From an uncultured Thermoanaerobaculia bacterium (GTDB lineage Bacteria > Acidobacteriota > Thermoanaerobaculia > Multivoradales > SZUA-115), in NCBI GenBank assembly GCA_964420075.1, contig CAYQRE010000001.1, forward strand, positions 133,675-197,674: a stretch of DNA of 64,000 bases. The letters run 5' to 3'. Numbering within the stretch: position 1 is the first letter of the stretch; every line of letters begins with the position of its first letter. A model generated the notes under the pieces. That model worked only from the letters and a program-made list of their open reading frames with translations, did not search any database and was not told where the DNA came from. This document shows positions 63,558 to 64,000 of the stretch, in pieces. The position numbers and the translations under genes were made by a program.

Positions 63558-64000
63558 CTACTCGGAGACGCCGTCGCCGCTGTCGTAGAGGCCGGCGAAG
63601 CCGCGCTTCTGGAGCTCCTTGGCGAATTTGCCCACCCAGCGCACGAACTTGCTGTCGCTGGTCGACCAGTTGGTGCCGCTGACCACCCGCTGGTGGAGGG
63701 CGGCCACCACCTCACCGCTCTTCTTGTCGATGAACTTGAGGTCGATGGTCACGTTACCCGAGCCGGCGCCCCAACCCACCAAGGCCTTGGCGGCCACGCT
63801 GCCCGTGCTGCAGTCGACGATGCGGCCCTCGACGCGGATGTCGCCGCTGTCGAGCGAGGTGGCGAGCGGTCCCCGCAGCTCGGGGCCGAGGGTCTCCTTG
63901 AACAGGCGCGCCATCTCGCCGTTCATCTCGCGGGCCAGCCGCAGGTCGTTGGCGTCGCGGTCCTCGGCGTCCTTGCCGATCAGCTTCGGTTCCGGCCAGT
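63558..64000 (-). CDS. Hypothetical protein, 5'-partial at window edge
   Basis: Reading frame continues without stop upstream of the annotated Met to position 64000; Gly/Ser-rich C-terminal half; no domain recognised. Confidence 0.35.
   Translation of the reverse strand, partial: WPEPKLIGKDAEDRDANDLRLAREMNGEMARLFKETLGPELRGPLATSLDSGDIRVEGRIVDCSTGSVAAKALVGWGAGSGNVTIDLKFIDKKSGEVVAALHQRVVSGTNWSTSDSKFVRWVGKFAKELQKRGFAGLYDSGDGVSE

Noticed and set aside
1-64000. Searched for tRNA (esp. tRNA-Sec near selA), rRNA, CRISPR repeats, integrase/transposase genes and inverted-repeat-bounded mobile elements
   Set aside because: No intergenic region shows cloverleaf-compatible tRNA structure or a spaced-repeat array, and no integrase or transposase motifs were found. 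Absence is by-eye only; tRNAscan-SE/Infernal should confirm.

Overview
This 64 kb window looks like a very GC-rich bacterial chromosomal segment (roughly 70% G+C by eye, not computed), densely coding on both strands. I recognised no rRNA, tRNA, CRISPR array, integrase or transposase. Many long opposite-strand or Arg/Ala/Pro-rich ORFs in the six-frame track are GC-driven artefacts, and I ignored them when a domain-bearing ORF occupied the same interval. The content runs as follows.

- **0-14 kb:** a glycan biosynthesis and decoration cluster with GT2, GT4, a GT8-like gene and a WecA-like initiating transferase, two NodU/CmcH-type carbamoyltransferases, FkbM-type methyltransferases, an SGNH hydrolase plus an acyltransferase-3 O-acetyltransferase pair, and an NAD-dependent epimerase. 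One carbamoyltransferase is flanked by SxtJ-like and SxtK/DUF5989-like small membrane proteins; the latter was below the ORF-track length cutoff and I translated it by hand.
- **14-22 kb:** an SDR oxidoreductase, a small Cys-rich secreted peptide, RidA, a membrane-anchored patatin-like phospholipase, a DUF4386 protein, a large S41 PDZ-protease and a DUF4214 secreted protein.
- **22.3-27.2 kb:** a vapBC toxin-antitoxin pair in an AT-richer pocket, immediately downstream of a tightly packed minus-strand operon of egtB-like sulfoxide synthase, selA (Sec synthase) and a class I/II PLP aminotransferase. This is the most unusual linkage in the window.
- **27.3-36.2 kb:** a secreted beta-helix protein, pcm, and a 4-gene operon of ECF sigma, a TPR-CHAT protease, an anti-sigma factor and an S8 subtilase.
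- **36.3-50.2 kb:** a MacAB-like efflux system (adaptor, ATPase and two FtsX permeases), TauE, pdxH, tag, an SDR, a large secreted protein carrying a CxxCH motif and the same C-terminal tail as the beta-helix protein, tandem Usp and hbd.
- **50.2-58.3 kb:** a ferritin-like protein, a methyltransferase, a cyclase, an ECF sigma/anti-sigma/2xDUF4252 module, BlaI/BlaR1 and a SRAP/YedK peptidase.
- **58.4-64 kb:** a block of hypothetical genes, with XRE-type HTH regulators, TPR-like helical proteins, and a ~170-aa acidic-N-terminus protein that has a paralog at 41.4 kb.

Recurrent TAGACT / TAnnnT -10-like elements sit 6-12 nt upstream of several start codons, which suggests leaderless transcripts.
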